From Camelus ferus (lineage: Eukaryota): 64,000 nucleotides of DNA. The notes beneath the pieces are model-generated. The model had not been told where the DNA came from. It made no database searches and was given only the letters and a program-made list of their open reading frames with translations. The stretch is from positions 76,758,001 to 76,822,000 of the forward strand of contig NC_045697.1 of the NCBI RefSeq assembly GCF_009834535.1. Direction: 5' to 3'. The position numbers were made by a program, and so were the translations under genes. Below, in pieces: positions 1 to 12,600 of the stretch (positions within the stretch are counted from its first letter, which is position 1; every line of letters begins with the position of its first letter).

Positions 1-1310
1 TCTCTGATAATTAGTGATATGGAGCATTTTTTCATGTGCCTATTAATTATTTGTATGTCTTCCTTGGAGAATTGCTTGTTTAGGTCTTTTGCCCATTTTT
101 GGATTGGGTTGTTTGGTTGTTTCTTATTAAGTCATATGAGCTGCTTATATATTCTGGAGATCAAGCCTTTGTCTGTTTCATTTGCAAAAATTTTCTCCCA
201 TTCCATAGGTTGTCTTTTTGTTTTACTTATGGTTTCCTTTGCTGTGCAGAAGCTTGTAAGTTTCATTAGGTCCCATTTGTTTATTCTTGCTCTTATTTCT
301 ATTGCTTGAGTAGACTGTTCTAGGAGAACATTTTTGAGATGTATGTCAGATAATGTTTTGCCTATATTTTCTTCTAGTAGGTTTATTGTATCTTGTCTTA
401 TGTTCAAGTCTTTGATCTATTTTAAGTTTATTTTTGTGTATGGTATAAGGGAGTGTTCTAGCTTCATCGCTTTACATGCTGCTGTCCAGTTTTCCCAACA
501 CCATTTGCTGAAGAGACTGTCTTTATTCCATTGATTAGTTGATCAAAAGTTTGTGGTTTCATTTCTGGGCTCTCTATTCTGTTCCATTGGTCTATATGTC
601 TGTTTTTGTACCAATACCATGCTGTCTTGATGACTGTAGCTCTATAGTATTGTCTGAAGTCTGGAAGAGTTATTCCTCCAGCCTCTTTCTTTCTCTTCAG
701 TAACGCTTTGGTGATTCTAGATCCTTGATGGTTCCATATGAATTTTATTATGATTTGTTCTAGTTCTGTGAAATATGTCCTGGGTAATTTGATAGGGATT
801 GCATTAAATCTGTAGATTGCCTTGGGCAGTGTGACCATTTTAACAATATTGATTCTTCCAATCCAAGAGCATGGGATATCTTTCTAGTTTTTAAAGTCTT
901 CTTTAATTTCCTTCATCAATGGTTTATAGTTTTCTGTGTATAATTCTTTCACCTCCTTGGTTAGATTTATTCCTAGGTATTTCATTACTTTGGGTGCTAT
1001 TGTAAAGGGGATTGTTTCTTTACTTTCTTTTTCTGTTGATTCATCGTTAGTGAAAAGAAATGCAACTGAGTTTTGAACGTTAATCTTGTAATCTGCTACT
1101 TTGCTGAATTCTTCGATCAGCTCTAGTAGTTTTTGTGTGGACCTTTTAGGGTTTTCTACATATAGTAACATGTCGTTGGCATATAGCGACACTTTTACCT
1201 CTTCTTTTCCAGTTTGAATCCCTTTTATTTCTCTCTCTTGCCTGATTGCTGTGGCTAGGACTTTCAAGACTATGTTGAATAGGAGTGGTGATAGTGGGCA
1301 TCCTTGTCTT
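1..1310 (-). mobile_element. LINE-1, 5'-truncated, ORF2 reverse-transcriptase/C-terminal region, disrupted; continues past window start
   Basis: ORF-track peptides [62 protein letters not shown] and [17 protein letters not shown] are L1 ORF2 motifs. Frameshifts present, plus a small deletion near 533. Confidence 0.97.
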
Positions 1311-2299
1311 TCCTTTTCTTTTTTTTTTTTTTAAAATTTAATGTGGTCACGACTCCACCCATGGTCACAGATTTTGGATGTAAATCCAAGAGAGATCAAA
1401 TTCATCTCTCACCTTCCACTTCAAGATTTCACTTTTATCGATTTCTCCTCTATTAGTCCCTGTTTCTCCCTCTTTGCCCAGGTTTTTGCTTGGTATTTGT
1501 GGTGAACCCTATTGGTGAGATGATCCAACTTCCCTTCTCAACACCATTTAAAACATAGAGCTTTTTTCTAATGTTTTGGTGACCCTTTTGGAACTTCTGC
1601 TTGGCTCACCAATTTAGTCCCTCTCCACTGCTGAGCTTCTCATTCTGCCACTGAACTTTCTGCTCAGTATGGCTTGCACCTCCATGATACCTGATGCTCC
1701 AGGTTGAGCCAGCCCATCCCCTCTGCTCACCTCTCCACTGAGGACTGGATATTATCCTTATAGCCCAGACTTTCATGACCTTGTCCAGATGACTGACATA
1801 GTTTTCTGCCCTATTTGGTATCCCTGCTTTCAGTCTCTTTGAACTTCTTTCCATATTGGACACTATTACAGTATAGATTTTCATAAAGAACATTTGGTAA
1901 TAACACCAAGTAGTCTGGTGGTAGTATACAGCAAATTATATACTAAACAATCTTCAGTTGTTCCTTATTGTCCGCCACACAAGAACTTCAAAATGTTCCA
2001 TAACTTCAATAAAAAATTTCAGCCATATATGATACAATTTTTCTATATTTAACCCATTTCCTTGGCAAATGCAATATTATTGTCCTTCATTTTATCTTTT
2101 AAAGATTACCCATTTATCAAATCCTAGCTCAAGTGTTACCTTTTCTACAGTCTCCAGTGATTATTTAAAATGGAAGTATGTTCACTTATCTAGCATCTCT
2201 TAGAGCTATTTAAGGCATATAACATACAACCACATAGTTTTCTTATTCAGGCACCCATGAGATTATCAGCTCCTTGAGAGAAATAATAATGAAATAATA

Positions 2300-2930
2300 T
2301 TTTATTTTATTCAACAAACATTTATTGACTCCTCACTGTTCTAGGTGTTGGAGGCTTGAACAAGACAAAGTCCTTGCTCTCATGGAGTTAAGTTCTGAGG
2401 AGTAGAATGTTTTACAGATAAGAAGCAAGTAAATAAATAAATAAAATAGGATAATCTCAGATTTAGATTGGGTTTAGAATAAGGAAGTTTTCACCAAGTA
2501 GGTATTTAGGATAAAATCTCAATGATAAGAAGAACCCAATCACAAGAAGACTAGAAAAGAACAAATGGAAAGTCATCAAGTTGGGAGTGTGCTGTATTTA
2601 AAGAACACCTGGAGGACAATGTGGCTGGAGTGCAGTGGGTGGAGGGGAAGACTCGTGTGATATGAGGGAGAGGTAGGCAAGGACCGGATCTTGAAGGTTC
2701 TTGGAGACCAAGCAAAGTGGTTTGGATTTCATTCTAAGGTTTAAATCAGAGAGTAACATAATCTGATTTATAGCATAAAATGTTCTCTGGCTGCTGTTTA
2801 GGAAATGGACTGTACAGGATAAGAGTGGAAGCAAGATGAATTGGGAGACTACTGCAGTGATCAAGAGCATGAGATATTACTAGGCTGAATTTGGTGGTGG
2901 TAGAAGAGAGAAAGAGAAATGAACACATTT
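2300..2930 (-). mobile_element. L2 3' fragment
   Basis: ttattcaacaaacatttattga...aagacaaagtccttgctctcatggag is the reverse complement of the L2 3' end, followed by purine-rich L2 body. Confidence 0.75.
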
Positions 2931-2996
2931 ATATATAGTCTCTGCAGTATTAAGCATGGTATCTGGAACATGGTAGATGCTCAATATATATGGATA

Positions 2997-3132
2997 GGGG
3001 AGGGTACAGCTCAGTGGTAGAGTGTGTGCTTAGCATGCACGAGGTCCTAGGTTCAATCCCCAGTACTTCCATTAAAAATAAATAAATAAATAAATAAACC
3101 TAATTATGTCCCTCCAATAAAACAAACCAAAT
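2997..3132 (+). mobile_element. tRNA-Ala-derived SINE (camelid vic-1-like) with target-site duplication
   Basis: GGGGAGGGTACAGCTCAGTGGTAGAG...TTAGCATGCACGAGGTCCTAGGTTCAATCCCCAG head with A and B boxes, (AAAT)n tail, and ATATATATGGATA repeated at 2984-2996 and 3133-3145. Confidence 0.9.
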
Positions 3133-5533
3133 ATATATATGGATAAATATATGTCCCAGTGTTTCCAGATAATTTCATATTCTTAATTTCTATATTATCT
3201 TCAAATTTTTCCTCCTTTGATTCACATACTATGGCTTAATATATTCCTGTCTGGCATTTGGGCATCCAAAAATTCAAAAAGGATCTCACATTCAAGAAAA
3301 CAGTATAGATCCCATAATGGAAAGTCAGCTAACAAAGAATTGAAATGATTGAAGATCAAATTGTTAATTATGAAAAGAAATAAATTACTTGGAACAAATG
3401 ATAAAAAGTGGAATTCAAAATCTATGATAGGGTGAAAATAGACAGGGTATTTAAACACAAAGATCTACATTTGAAAAAAGAAAGCCTCTGTCAGCATCAG
3501 CTGGAATAGTGTGCCCATGGAGGATGTGGGTAAAGTTAATTTTTATTAAAATTGAAGAGTTTTCCAGTTCTAACTAACTTATGACTTTTCTGGAAATATA
3601 ACATCTTCATTTTCTATCTTGATATGTGAATTTCCTAATAAGTAGCTAACAATCCTTGTATTAAAATTCTAAGATCACTGTGATCTGCCTTGTTTCTAAA
3701 TTAGGAATCTGAGAAAAGATAGGCAATTCGATAAGTTTTCATTCTCACATTCACATGTACTTCCCATGACATTTAAATTTTTATCCATAAAGATTCATCC
3801 GGCATTATTAATTCAATCCAAATTCTTTCAATACAAAGAAAAATCCAGAAGAAAATGGTATCAATTTTTGTCACTTCCATCTGAAATGCTAAGTGGCCCC
3901 TGAATCGTGTGAAAGTTGGCCCCAGTCAGTGTGAAAACTGGCTGAAATCTATATGAAAGGCAGTCTGGGTTTGTTAAAGTAGTTCATGAACTTTGGCCAA
4001 ACTTGCGAAGAACCTGGTCCAAGTTTTAGTTTGTAATGCAACATGAAACCAGGTGAATTTCACATGGTTTCGGGTTTCATCCTAAAAATTTGGCCTCACT
4101 TTATAATCAATCATCACTTTTTGGAACGATGAAAGCCAACACACCTTTTTGAAAATGAGAATTGCATGCATACTGATGACAGCTAAGCTGTGAACCACCC
4201 CTTGACTTCCTTTGCCAAAAGAAGATTTCTCAGAATGGAAACAGTTTCCCTCTTACCTGGAAAGGGCAAGTTGAGTGATTTTGATATTGCATGTAGAAAG
4301 AAATGATACTCAGTACATGGAGACATGCCATGTGAAGTAATCACCACATACAGAGTAAGTGGCTACATTCTAACCATTTAAGGTTATGATCATTCTATTC
4401 TATTTGCATCCATGACAGATATCATAATGTTTAATCTTCTTGACCACTGAGATGAGCTTTTAACTAGTCATCAGATAGAATAACTACCACGGGAAACAGA
4501 ATGCTCTGAGGCATAATCATTATTTCTATTTGAAGAAAAGAATAGAAAGGAAAGTAAATCACAGCATAACTTTCACCTAGTTGAATAAACATGAGGGATA
4601 AGACTTTAAACTTTTCAAGTTTGCACTGACTACATCTTTTGCAACAAAACCTCTATTACAGTGTAAATGAATTCAGTAATTAACCCCACAGAGTGCATTT
4701 TACAAAAAGCATACACAGGGCCTGTTTTCAACCTGAAAGTTTTAAATGTGCTTTTCCACTATAAAAAATGACCCTCTTCAACCAAATACTCGCTTTTGTG
4801 CATAGTGACATGAGAAAATTGAGAGGTATGTCTGCACGGAGCCACTACATCATTGGAACAGTATGTCTGAACATTTGGGTAATAAGGCACAGATGTGAAG
4901 CAGAGGACTTGGCACTACCAAGGTAATAACAAAGCATTCACCATTGTGTTATAATGGTTAAAAGAGCCACAGTTGAGAAGAATAAAAGAATGCCCCTCCT
5001 CTTTGGAATACTAAATTATATTATACCTTTTATCTGCTTAAAAATCTACAAAGAATTAAAAATTCAAAAAATATTATTCAAACTTATGATGAAAAATTAA
5101 AATATAAAATGCATTAATATTTTTTGTCTATAATACAACATATTTATGCAATAGCACATAAAGTTTAACTGCAGAAATATTCAATAGGAGTCCACATGAC
5201 CTCTATATTACAAAACAGAGCGTACAAATCTGAAGGACCCAACAGCCAATGGAAAGGTGATTGTTGTTGACTTTTAGTAGTGATTCTGGCCCTTAATGAG
5301 TAGGGCTAATTATTGCAGAGTCTCTTGTTTACAGGTATCAAGTTAAGATAATGCAACAAGATATAAACATTAGTTATAATTAAGACTATTTCAGTTATAA
5401 GTGGTATTGTATTTTTGTCAGCCATTACTAAACCACATGACAAAACACAGTTGTGAAGCCAGGGCTATTTTAATGCAATGAGTTTGGAGCTGAAAAGTAA
5501 TTTTCTGCCCAGGACTGGAAGAGTACAACTTAC

Positions 5534-5560
5534 CCGAGGTCCCTGATCACCTTGTTCTCC
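5534..5560 (-). CDS. COL25A1: COL25A1 27-nt exon GEQGDQGPR (end of first collagenous domain; next exon lies beyond the window start)
   Basis: Minus strand: ttttccaactctacag|GGA GAA CAA GGT GAT CAG GGA CCT CGG|gtaagt. A 144-nt intron separates it from the previous exon. Confidence 0.96.
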
Positions 5561-5704
5561 CTGTAGAGTTGGAAAATGAGAAGATAGTTTTAGCACAAAG
5601 TCTGTAGGTAATGCTCATTAAAAAGATAAAAATATTACATAGTATAAGTCATGCCAGTATGGATTCCCACTAACTTAATTTGTTTCTGCTACATATTTTC
5701 TTAC

Positions 5705-5731
5705 CTTATCACCTTTTGGACCAGGAGGGCC
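5705..5731 (-). CDS. COL25A1: COL25A1 27-nt exon GPPGPKGDK
   Basis: Minus strand: ctctttatttcag|GGC CCT CCT GGT CCA AAA GGT GAT AAG|gtaaga. Confidence 0.96.
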
Positions 5732-5959
5732 CTGAAATAAAGAGAAAAAAATTTTTAGTAAATTGAAAAAACATTGTAGCTTGAATAGATCAGCTAAGAC
5801 TGGTCACAAGATTCATACAAAGGACACAGGTTTACAGCTGTCAATGAAGTTTCTCAAGGAATTTTAGGTTCTAAACTATAATATGGTTACAATGTGAAAA
5901 TGGTATCACATATGTGTGTGTGTGTATATATATACACACATATATAAGCATAAAAGTAT

Positions 5960-7270
5960 ATGTGTCATAAGTATATATCACGCTGAATTGATTTTCACAA
6001 ACTGAACACACTTAATGCAGGTAGAACCCCACTAAAGAAACCCAGAAGCTCCTGTTGTGCCATTTCCTTGTCACTACCCACCACCAACAGCAATCACTAT
6101 TCTGACAGAATAGATTAGTTTACCTGCATTTGTACTTTATATAAGTGTACTAATACAAGTGGAACCATCCATCATGTGTCTAGTCTCTTCTGCTTAGCAT
6201 GTGAGAAATTCATGCCAAATTTTGTGTGTGGTTTTAGTAGTCCACCGTGTGAGTGAAGCATTGTTTATTTATCCTACTGTTGATGGCTGTTTGTTTCCAG
6301 GAGTTTTAAGGTCTTGATTATACAAATAGTGCTGCTAAAAACATCCCAGGGATATCCTTTGGTGAAAAATTGTATACATTTCTGTCGGGTGTATATCTAG
6401 GAGTGGAACTGCTATGTTATAGAGAATACACATACATTGAGATTAAGTAGATTTTGCCAAATAGTTTTTCAGTGTGGTTCTAGCAATTATACTCCCATCA
6501 GCAATGTATGAGAATTTTCAGTTTCCCTATATCATCGCCAGTACTTGGTATTTTCCATCTTTTTCATTTTAGACTTTCTGGTGGGAGGTGTAGTAATTTC
6601 ACGTTGTGTTTTAATTTGTACTTCTCCAATAATTAAGCTGAACTCTTTTTAAATAAATGTCCTGGCCATTTTGCATCCCATAAAGTATCTGTTCATATCA
6701 TTTTCTATTAAGTTGCCCTATTATTTACTAGGGTTCTTTATATATTATACATTGTATTGATAGGTAGATAGATGAAAGTTTCTTACATATTCTGAATGAG
6801 TCTTTTGTTACAAAAGTATATTTATTGCAAATATATTCTCCCATGCTGCATATTGTGTTTACATTCTCTTAAAGGTGTTTCTGATGAACAGAAGTTCTCA
6901 AGCTCAATTTAACATTTTTTCTCTTTATAGTTACCTCTTTTATTGTTCCACTTAAGAAATCTTTGCCTGCTCCAAGGTCATAAAGAGGTTCTTCTATGTT
7001 TATTCTAAAAGTTAAAAGCTTTATTATTTTATCTTTCATATTTAGATTTGAATTCATGGAGAATTGATTTTGGGTAGGATGTGAGGTCGAAGTCAAGATG
7101 CTTTGTCTTCCCATGTGGATATCAAATTAACCCAACACCATTTATTGAAAATGCTTCTTTTCCTCATCATAGTACACCGTACCTTTGTCATAAATCAGAT
7201 GACCTTTCATAAGTGGATCTTTTAAGGAATTGCTATTTTGTTGGGCAGCTTTCTATTCTTGAGCCATAGT
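5960..7270 (-). mobile_element. Old L1 (L1ME/L1MD-like) 3' end and ORF2 tail
   Basis: T-rich L1 antisense signatures (ctaggagtggaactgct, ctcccatcagcaatgtatgaga, cccaacaccatttattgaaa); degenerate ORF2 peptide NIEEPLYDLGAGKDFL. Confidence 0.85.
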
Positions 7271-7669
7271 AAGATTTTCTTTGTCTTTGGACAGAAATAG
7301 TAGCAGAAAATATGAACTCTAGAGGCATCAATATATTTTTTTCTGGCTCTTGAAGATGAAGTCATGTCTCAGGGCTCAGCCTACCTGAGGAATTGGAGCC
7401 TTTCAGAGTTACCTTCAATCTCTCACCTTCGTCTTTGGCAGGGTTGGGGGACAAGGACAAGTCTAGACAGGAGTAAAGCCAAGGTCCTAGCAAAGTACTG
7501 CTTCTGAGTTCCCAGTGGAGAGTGCTTTGTCACTTCAGGTGGGAATGTAGGAGTGCTCCACCTACCAAAACATCTGCTGCTAATACCAGCTACAGAGGAA
7601 CTGTACCAAATTCCCATTCTCGGTTGCAGCATGTCTGGTAACAGTTGTGAGGTTATCATGATATTAATA

Positions 7670-7880
7670 ATAGCGACAACATTATGTCATATTTTGTGTA
7701 TTTTGCCATCAACTAAGAACTTTCACCTGTTACTGCATTTAATCTTCTCCCAAACTAACGAGGAAATTATTATGATATTCCTTTTATAGATGCCAGAAAT
7801 AAAACTCAAAGATTATCAAGGTTAGGCCTCTTGTAAGTGAGTTAGCCAGGACTCTAACCTCATCGGTGTGACTGAGTGCA
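7670..7880 (-). mobile_element. MIR SINE
   Basis: Degenerate reverse MIR core: catttaatcttctc...ttttatagatg..gaaataaaactcaaaga. Confidence 0.6.
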
Positions 7881-10509
7881 GTCTAAGGGATGCTAAGTGC
7901 TGGGATGCAGTTCCAGAACTAGATGCTCAGAGAGGCTGCTATCCGTGTACCTCGTGCCTGCTCTCAAATGCCCCCTGGTTGCATTTTTCATGGTGTCATG
8001 GACAGTGGCCTCAAGATCGCAAGTTCAAAATCAGAGAAAGAGGAATTATAGAGAATCTGGGAGACAGAGAGGGGGCTAGGGTAATGGAATCAACTAGACA
8101 AACTCTTTTCTTTCTTACCCTCCAAAATAATTTTGCCATTAAAAAAAGGGAAGCTAAGAAAATGATTTTTCTTAACATTTTTATTAATGTTTTCAGTGAA
8201 TCAAGTAGTGAGTAATGAGTAGTCTGCACACCTCTGTAAAATTGTTTAGGAAATTTATTTGATCATTTTTAACACACACAAAATGCTCACAAATGCCCTA
8301 CAAGTAGGATTTTATTTTAGGTGGGAAAGAGGAAACCCAAAGAAAAGAAGGAGAGGATACTAACCCTCAAGTTTAAGAAATACAATGGTGATTCCAGTCT
8401 TGATTTAATTAAGTAGCATGTTGTTTAACTCTAATTAGATTTTTATATACATTTGGTGAACGCCTATAAAGAGTTTGGCAATGTTCTATGCACTGGTGGA
8501 GGATATGGTGGGATATGCTGATTTAGAAAAACTAAACAGTCTGTTCTGGAAAAGCTAACGTCAGACACTTCTATATACTAGTGTTAAGAAAAATGACGCC
8601 TAGAAAATCCAGCTACTGTAAGGTCACTCACAGTTACTGTGGACCTGTCCCCAGCTTCCCCTCCCTGGAAAAGCTTCTCCTCTTAACATTTTGTTTTTGC
8701 TGGTGAGATTTCAGAGGCCAAGCTTCTTATTGTATCAGTCCTCTGAAGGCACTTAGTTAGGTGATATGGAATGTTTGAGGTCAAAGCTTTTACGAAACTA
8801 TTTTAAGGAGGACAGAGAGGAATCTTTTCCCCACAGTCCCATCACTAATGCCAAAGCATTAGTCCACTAGAGCCCTAAGACAGCTTGCCATAAGCAAGGA
8901 TGCTTAATTCATGAACACATGAAAATCTGCATTTGCAATTGAGCAATAAAGACTGCTGCTTCAAAAGGGGGTGTTTCTGAGCAGACAGAATGGCGTCCTG
9001 GCACCTGCCAGCCCAAGAGAGAACGGAAGCAGAGGTCAGCCTCCATTCACAGCTGTGGCGGCTGCTTAGGACACTCCAGACCGCACTTGTGCTCTCGGGA
9101 TTAATGGCAGGTGTTTTCTTCTGCTCTGACTGAAATCCCACTCTTTTTTCAAACTGGACCCTCTTCACTGCAAATACGGGTTGAACATGTAGAAAAATGT
9201 TACCTTAATAAACACAGTATTTCAAAATTTAGGAGCCATGATTCTTTTTCAGTCAAAATATTATAATCAAAAAAAGGTATCTTTGATTATTAACTTTTAA
9301 ACTTAAAGCTGGGTCATGATTTAAGTTACTTTCTTTGTCTTGCAAGAAAACCACCCCCCTATGCTTGGGATAGGCAGCTATACAAATTAATGAATTATTT
9401 GAATTAGAGAGTATTTAACAATGGTGTTTTGCTGCTTCCAACTACACCAAGCTAACAATCTAATATTTAGTGGACATATATGTTGTTCAGGTATTAGTGT
9501 CAATGGCTGGTTGGTAACTATTTGAAAGTAAAAGCCCGTTGCTAAAACTGGGTTGAGATCAGTGGGAAAGAAATATGGTAAAATTACTGGTTATAAATAT
9601 GTGAATAGTGAGTCAGAGTTTCGTAGAAGGCTTCTTTTGGGATTCCTGTCCTTCTTGTCTGGTCTAGTATGTTGCAGTCAGATATTTTATAATGTCCACT
9701 TTCATAAATAAATAAGACTATTTGAAATTATATTTCTAATTAGTTTTATGTAATTAGCTCTAATCACACACAATTTGAAGGTGCTAACAAAGTCTTTATT
9801 ATTAGTGCTGTTACTCAGTAGTTGGAGCGCTTCTTTTAGAGCATTGTTAGAGTGTTATTCATTTACTACCAATGTATTTACAAATTTCACTGGCAAATTT
9901 CAAATTAACTCCTATTCAAATGACTTCAAGTACAGAACTTACAGTAACTGCCTATTTGTAACAAGCCTTTAACATGGGTCTGTAACAATTTAAGTCTCCC
10001 AAATTCTATTTCTGTCCAAATAACTAAGGTTTTAGCTCTTTTTCCATGCTCTATTATCTATTTCAATTAAATGATAAAAGCAAATTAAAAGCACAATGAA
10101 TAAGAGGCACAATAAATGCAATTCAGGAAAATACTGGATTTCAATCTACATAAAAGTTATTGAAATATAGCTGGAAAGGACAGATATATTCATAGGAGTT
10201 GGATATCTCAGTAAAGGTCTTTTATTCACAAGAACCGTAAATTTTGCTTCCTTTGAACTGGCAAAAGCTAAAGAGGGAATGATTTTTAAAAGACAGCAAT
10301 CAAAAAACAAAGTTCAATTTGCTAGAGGTAGAAAAATGGAAAAGGAGCAAACCTTGGAAATTCTTGGCAGCCACAGCTGTTGAAATAAGAATAGGGTCAT
10401 CATTTCTATCCCAGAAAAGTGTAGATCATTTTTATTTCTGAAATCTAACAAACCTTTTTCTGATTAATCTTTTCATAACTATAGAATTATAAAGACAAGC
10501 TAGTTTCAT

Positions 10510-11110
10510 TTTCTAAGCATTTATGGCCAAATATCAGCCAGGCGGTGTGCTCTGAGTCTGGAGGACAGACATGCAAATATAATTACAACTAGTGGAGTAA
10601 ATGCCGTGTGGTGGGAGTACAGAGAGGAATAAAGGTAGGAGAGCTGGAGTTACAAAGATGACATTGGAACTGGCTCTTGAAAGTTGTCCAGGGATAAGGG
10701 GGACTGGGGAGGAGTGAGGCAGTTCAGGCAGAAGGAATGAACATGCAGATGTGTGGAAGGCGTCCTGGATCAGAGAAAGATGAGGAGTTCAGAGTGGTCA
10801 GAACATATGTGGTGTGGAGAGTCGAGATGGGGAATAGCAGGAAAGAGAGATTTGGGAAGACTGGCTAACAATACCCAGGTTCCTGGGCTGGATTCTGTTG
10901 GCAATTTAACAAGGAGGTTGTGAGATCAAGTGTGCTTTATGGAACTATATGCTGCTCTTCTTCAGAAGTTGTTGCCTTGGTCCAAGAACGAGGTGGCAAA
11001 GATCTGAATTAAGATCACAACAGTGGAGACACAGGGAAAGCCCTAGATTTAGGAGGCATTTCTGAGGCAGAACGAACAAGACTGGCTACCTGATTGAATA
11101 TGGGGGCCAT
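10510..11110 (-). mobile_element. L2 fragment
   Basis: Purine-rich L2 antisense body (caggcagaaggaatgaacatgcaga, agatttaggaggcatttctgagg). Confidence 0.65.
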
Positions 11111-11313
11111 TGACAGATGATCAACATAGTTTAAGAAGTCCTATTCATTTGAACCTCACAATTCAGTGCATTTGAAGAAAAGTGTTGGCCTAAGCTGGTT
11201 CAACCCTGGTAAACACAGTAGCTCCAGAGCCCAGTGTAAAATCTAGTTTTAGGGATGCATTTCAAATCCAAACAGAGGGCTGGCAGATTTGGCTGACCTA
11301 ATCAGAAATAGCT

Positions 11314-11358
11314 GAGAGAGAGAGAGAGAGAGAGAGAGACTGAGAGAGAGGAGAGAGA
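11314..11358. repeat. (GA)n microsatellite
   Basis: Direct read of sequence. Confidence 0.95.
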
Positions 11359-12251
11359 ATTCTCTGTCATCACTCTTGGGTAAAAGCAGCATGGATGATG
11401 TACGCTCGCCATGCTGTGCTGCCACCACACACAGGCCATCCTTCTATGTTAACTTATGAACAAAGTACATTTCCCTCACTCTACTTTTTCCACTGTAAAC
11501 TGAACATGGACTTACTATATTTTAAAAGCTATAATTTCCTTCTTCTTTTAAAGATAAGGAAGTCAGAGTGTGCTGCACAGCTGTCCTCTGGGAGCCCAGC
11601 ACAACCTCAGAGGTCACTGCATGTTTGATGTCCATGTGCCCAGGCACTCTTGCAAACATTGCTTTATCAAAGTTCACAGTCTCCCAGGGAGGAAGGAAAC
11701 ACGAACTATCCAGTGTTCTCTTGTTCAAGTAGGATATAAGCCTCAATTCTGCTGATTGTAAGATTTCCGTCTTCTCCCTGACTCTACCACTAACTTGGCC
11801 CACTGTGCCAATTGAGATAGATACTCAAACCGTACAGGCATGAAGAAACTGAATTTGGTATTGTGGTTCTTAGCATGTATTGGACACTACACAAAATCAT
11901 ATTGCAAATAGTATTAATCATGGAAAAATCTAGTATTTACATGTGGATAAATCTACCTTGTTTCTGAATAAAATGTTTTATGCATTTAGCATAGGTTCAC
12001 CTCTAACTAAAATGTGAACGTGTATTCTTCGAAGTATACACCTCAACACTGAACTCATATACATCATTTTCTGCTTTACTAGCATAATATATTTTTAGGG
12101 ACATTTCCTCCTCAAATCATCAATCTTTTTTTTGTTTGTTTCATAGACTCCCAACTTTGCAAATAACTTCAGCTAGTAATTTGGAAGTTTAAAACCTTTT
12201 ATGGAAAATCTGATGTAAAAATGTAGGCATTCCTATATACAGGCATAGGTC

Positions 12252-12255
<4 letters not shown>

Positions 12256-12288
<33 letters not shown>
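12256..12288. repeat. (TG)n microsatellite
   Basis: Direct read of sequence. Confidence 0.95.
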
Positions 12289-12289
<1 letters not shown>

Positions 12290-12399
12290 GATTTATGTAT
12301 AATCTCTTTTAAAATGCTTCAGAAAAGAGTAAAAATAATAAGGAAAAGTATAATTTGGGGGAGTTACTTAAAAATAAAGTTCATAAAATGAATTATATT

Positions 12400-12600
12400 G
12401 GTGATTAAGAGCTCAAAGTTTGAAGTAAAACAGATCCAGACTGAAATCTTGGTTGTGATCACCTGTGTGATCTTTAGCAGGTTCATTAAGCTCTTTGAGC
12501 CTCAGTTTCTTCATCTGTAAAATGGGGAAAACAATGCTTACTGTTTAGCTAAAATGGAACACTGTCCACAAAGAAACTTGTAGAATGCCTGATTTACCGA
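12400..12600 (+). mobile_element. MIR SINE
   Basis: Core: ctctttgagcctcagtttcttcatctgtaaaatgggg. Confidence 0.85.

Noticed and set aside
19..1267. ORFs as host genes or an active L1
   Set aside because: Minus-strand ORFs are broken L1 ORF2 pieces; plus-strand ORFs are their antisense shadows.
2997..3072. tRNA-Ala(AGC) gene
   Set aside because: Has an A-rich tail, a TSD and stem mismatches; it is a tRNA-derived SINE.
11387..11416. CAGCATGG..CCATGCTG hairpin as snoRNA or miRNA
   Set aside because: Only an 8-bp stem, no convincing C/D box pair, too short for a pre-miRNA.
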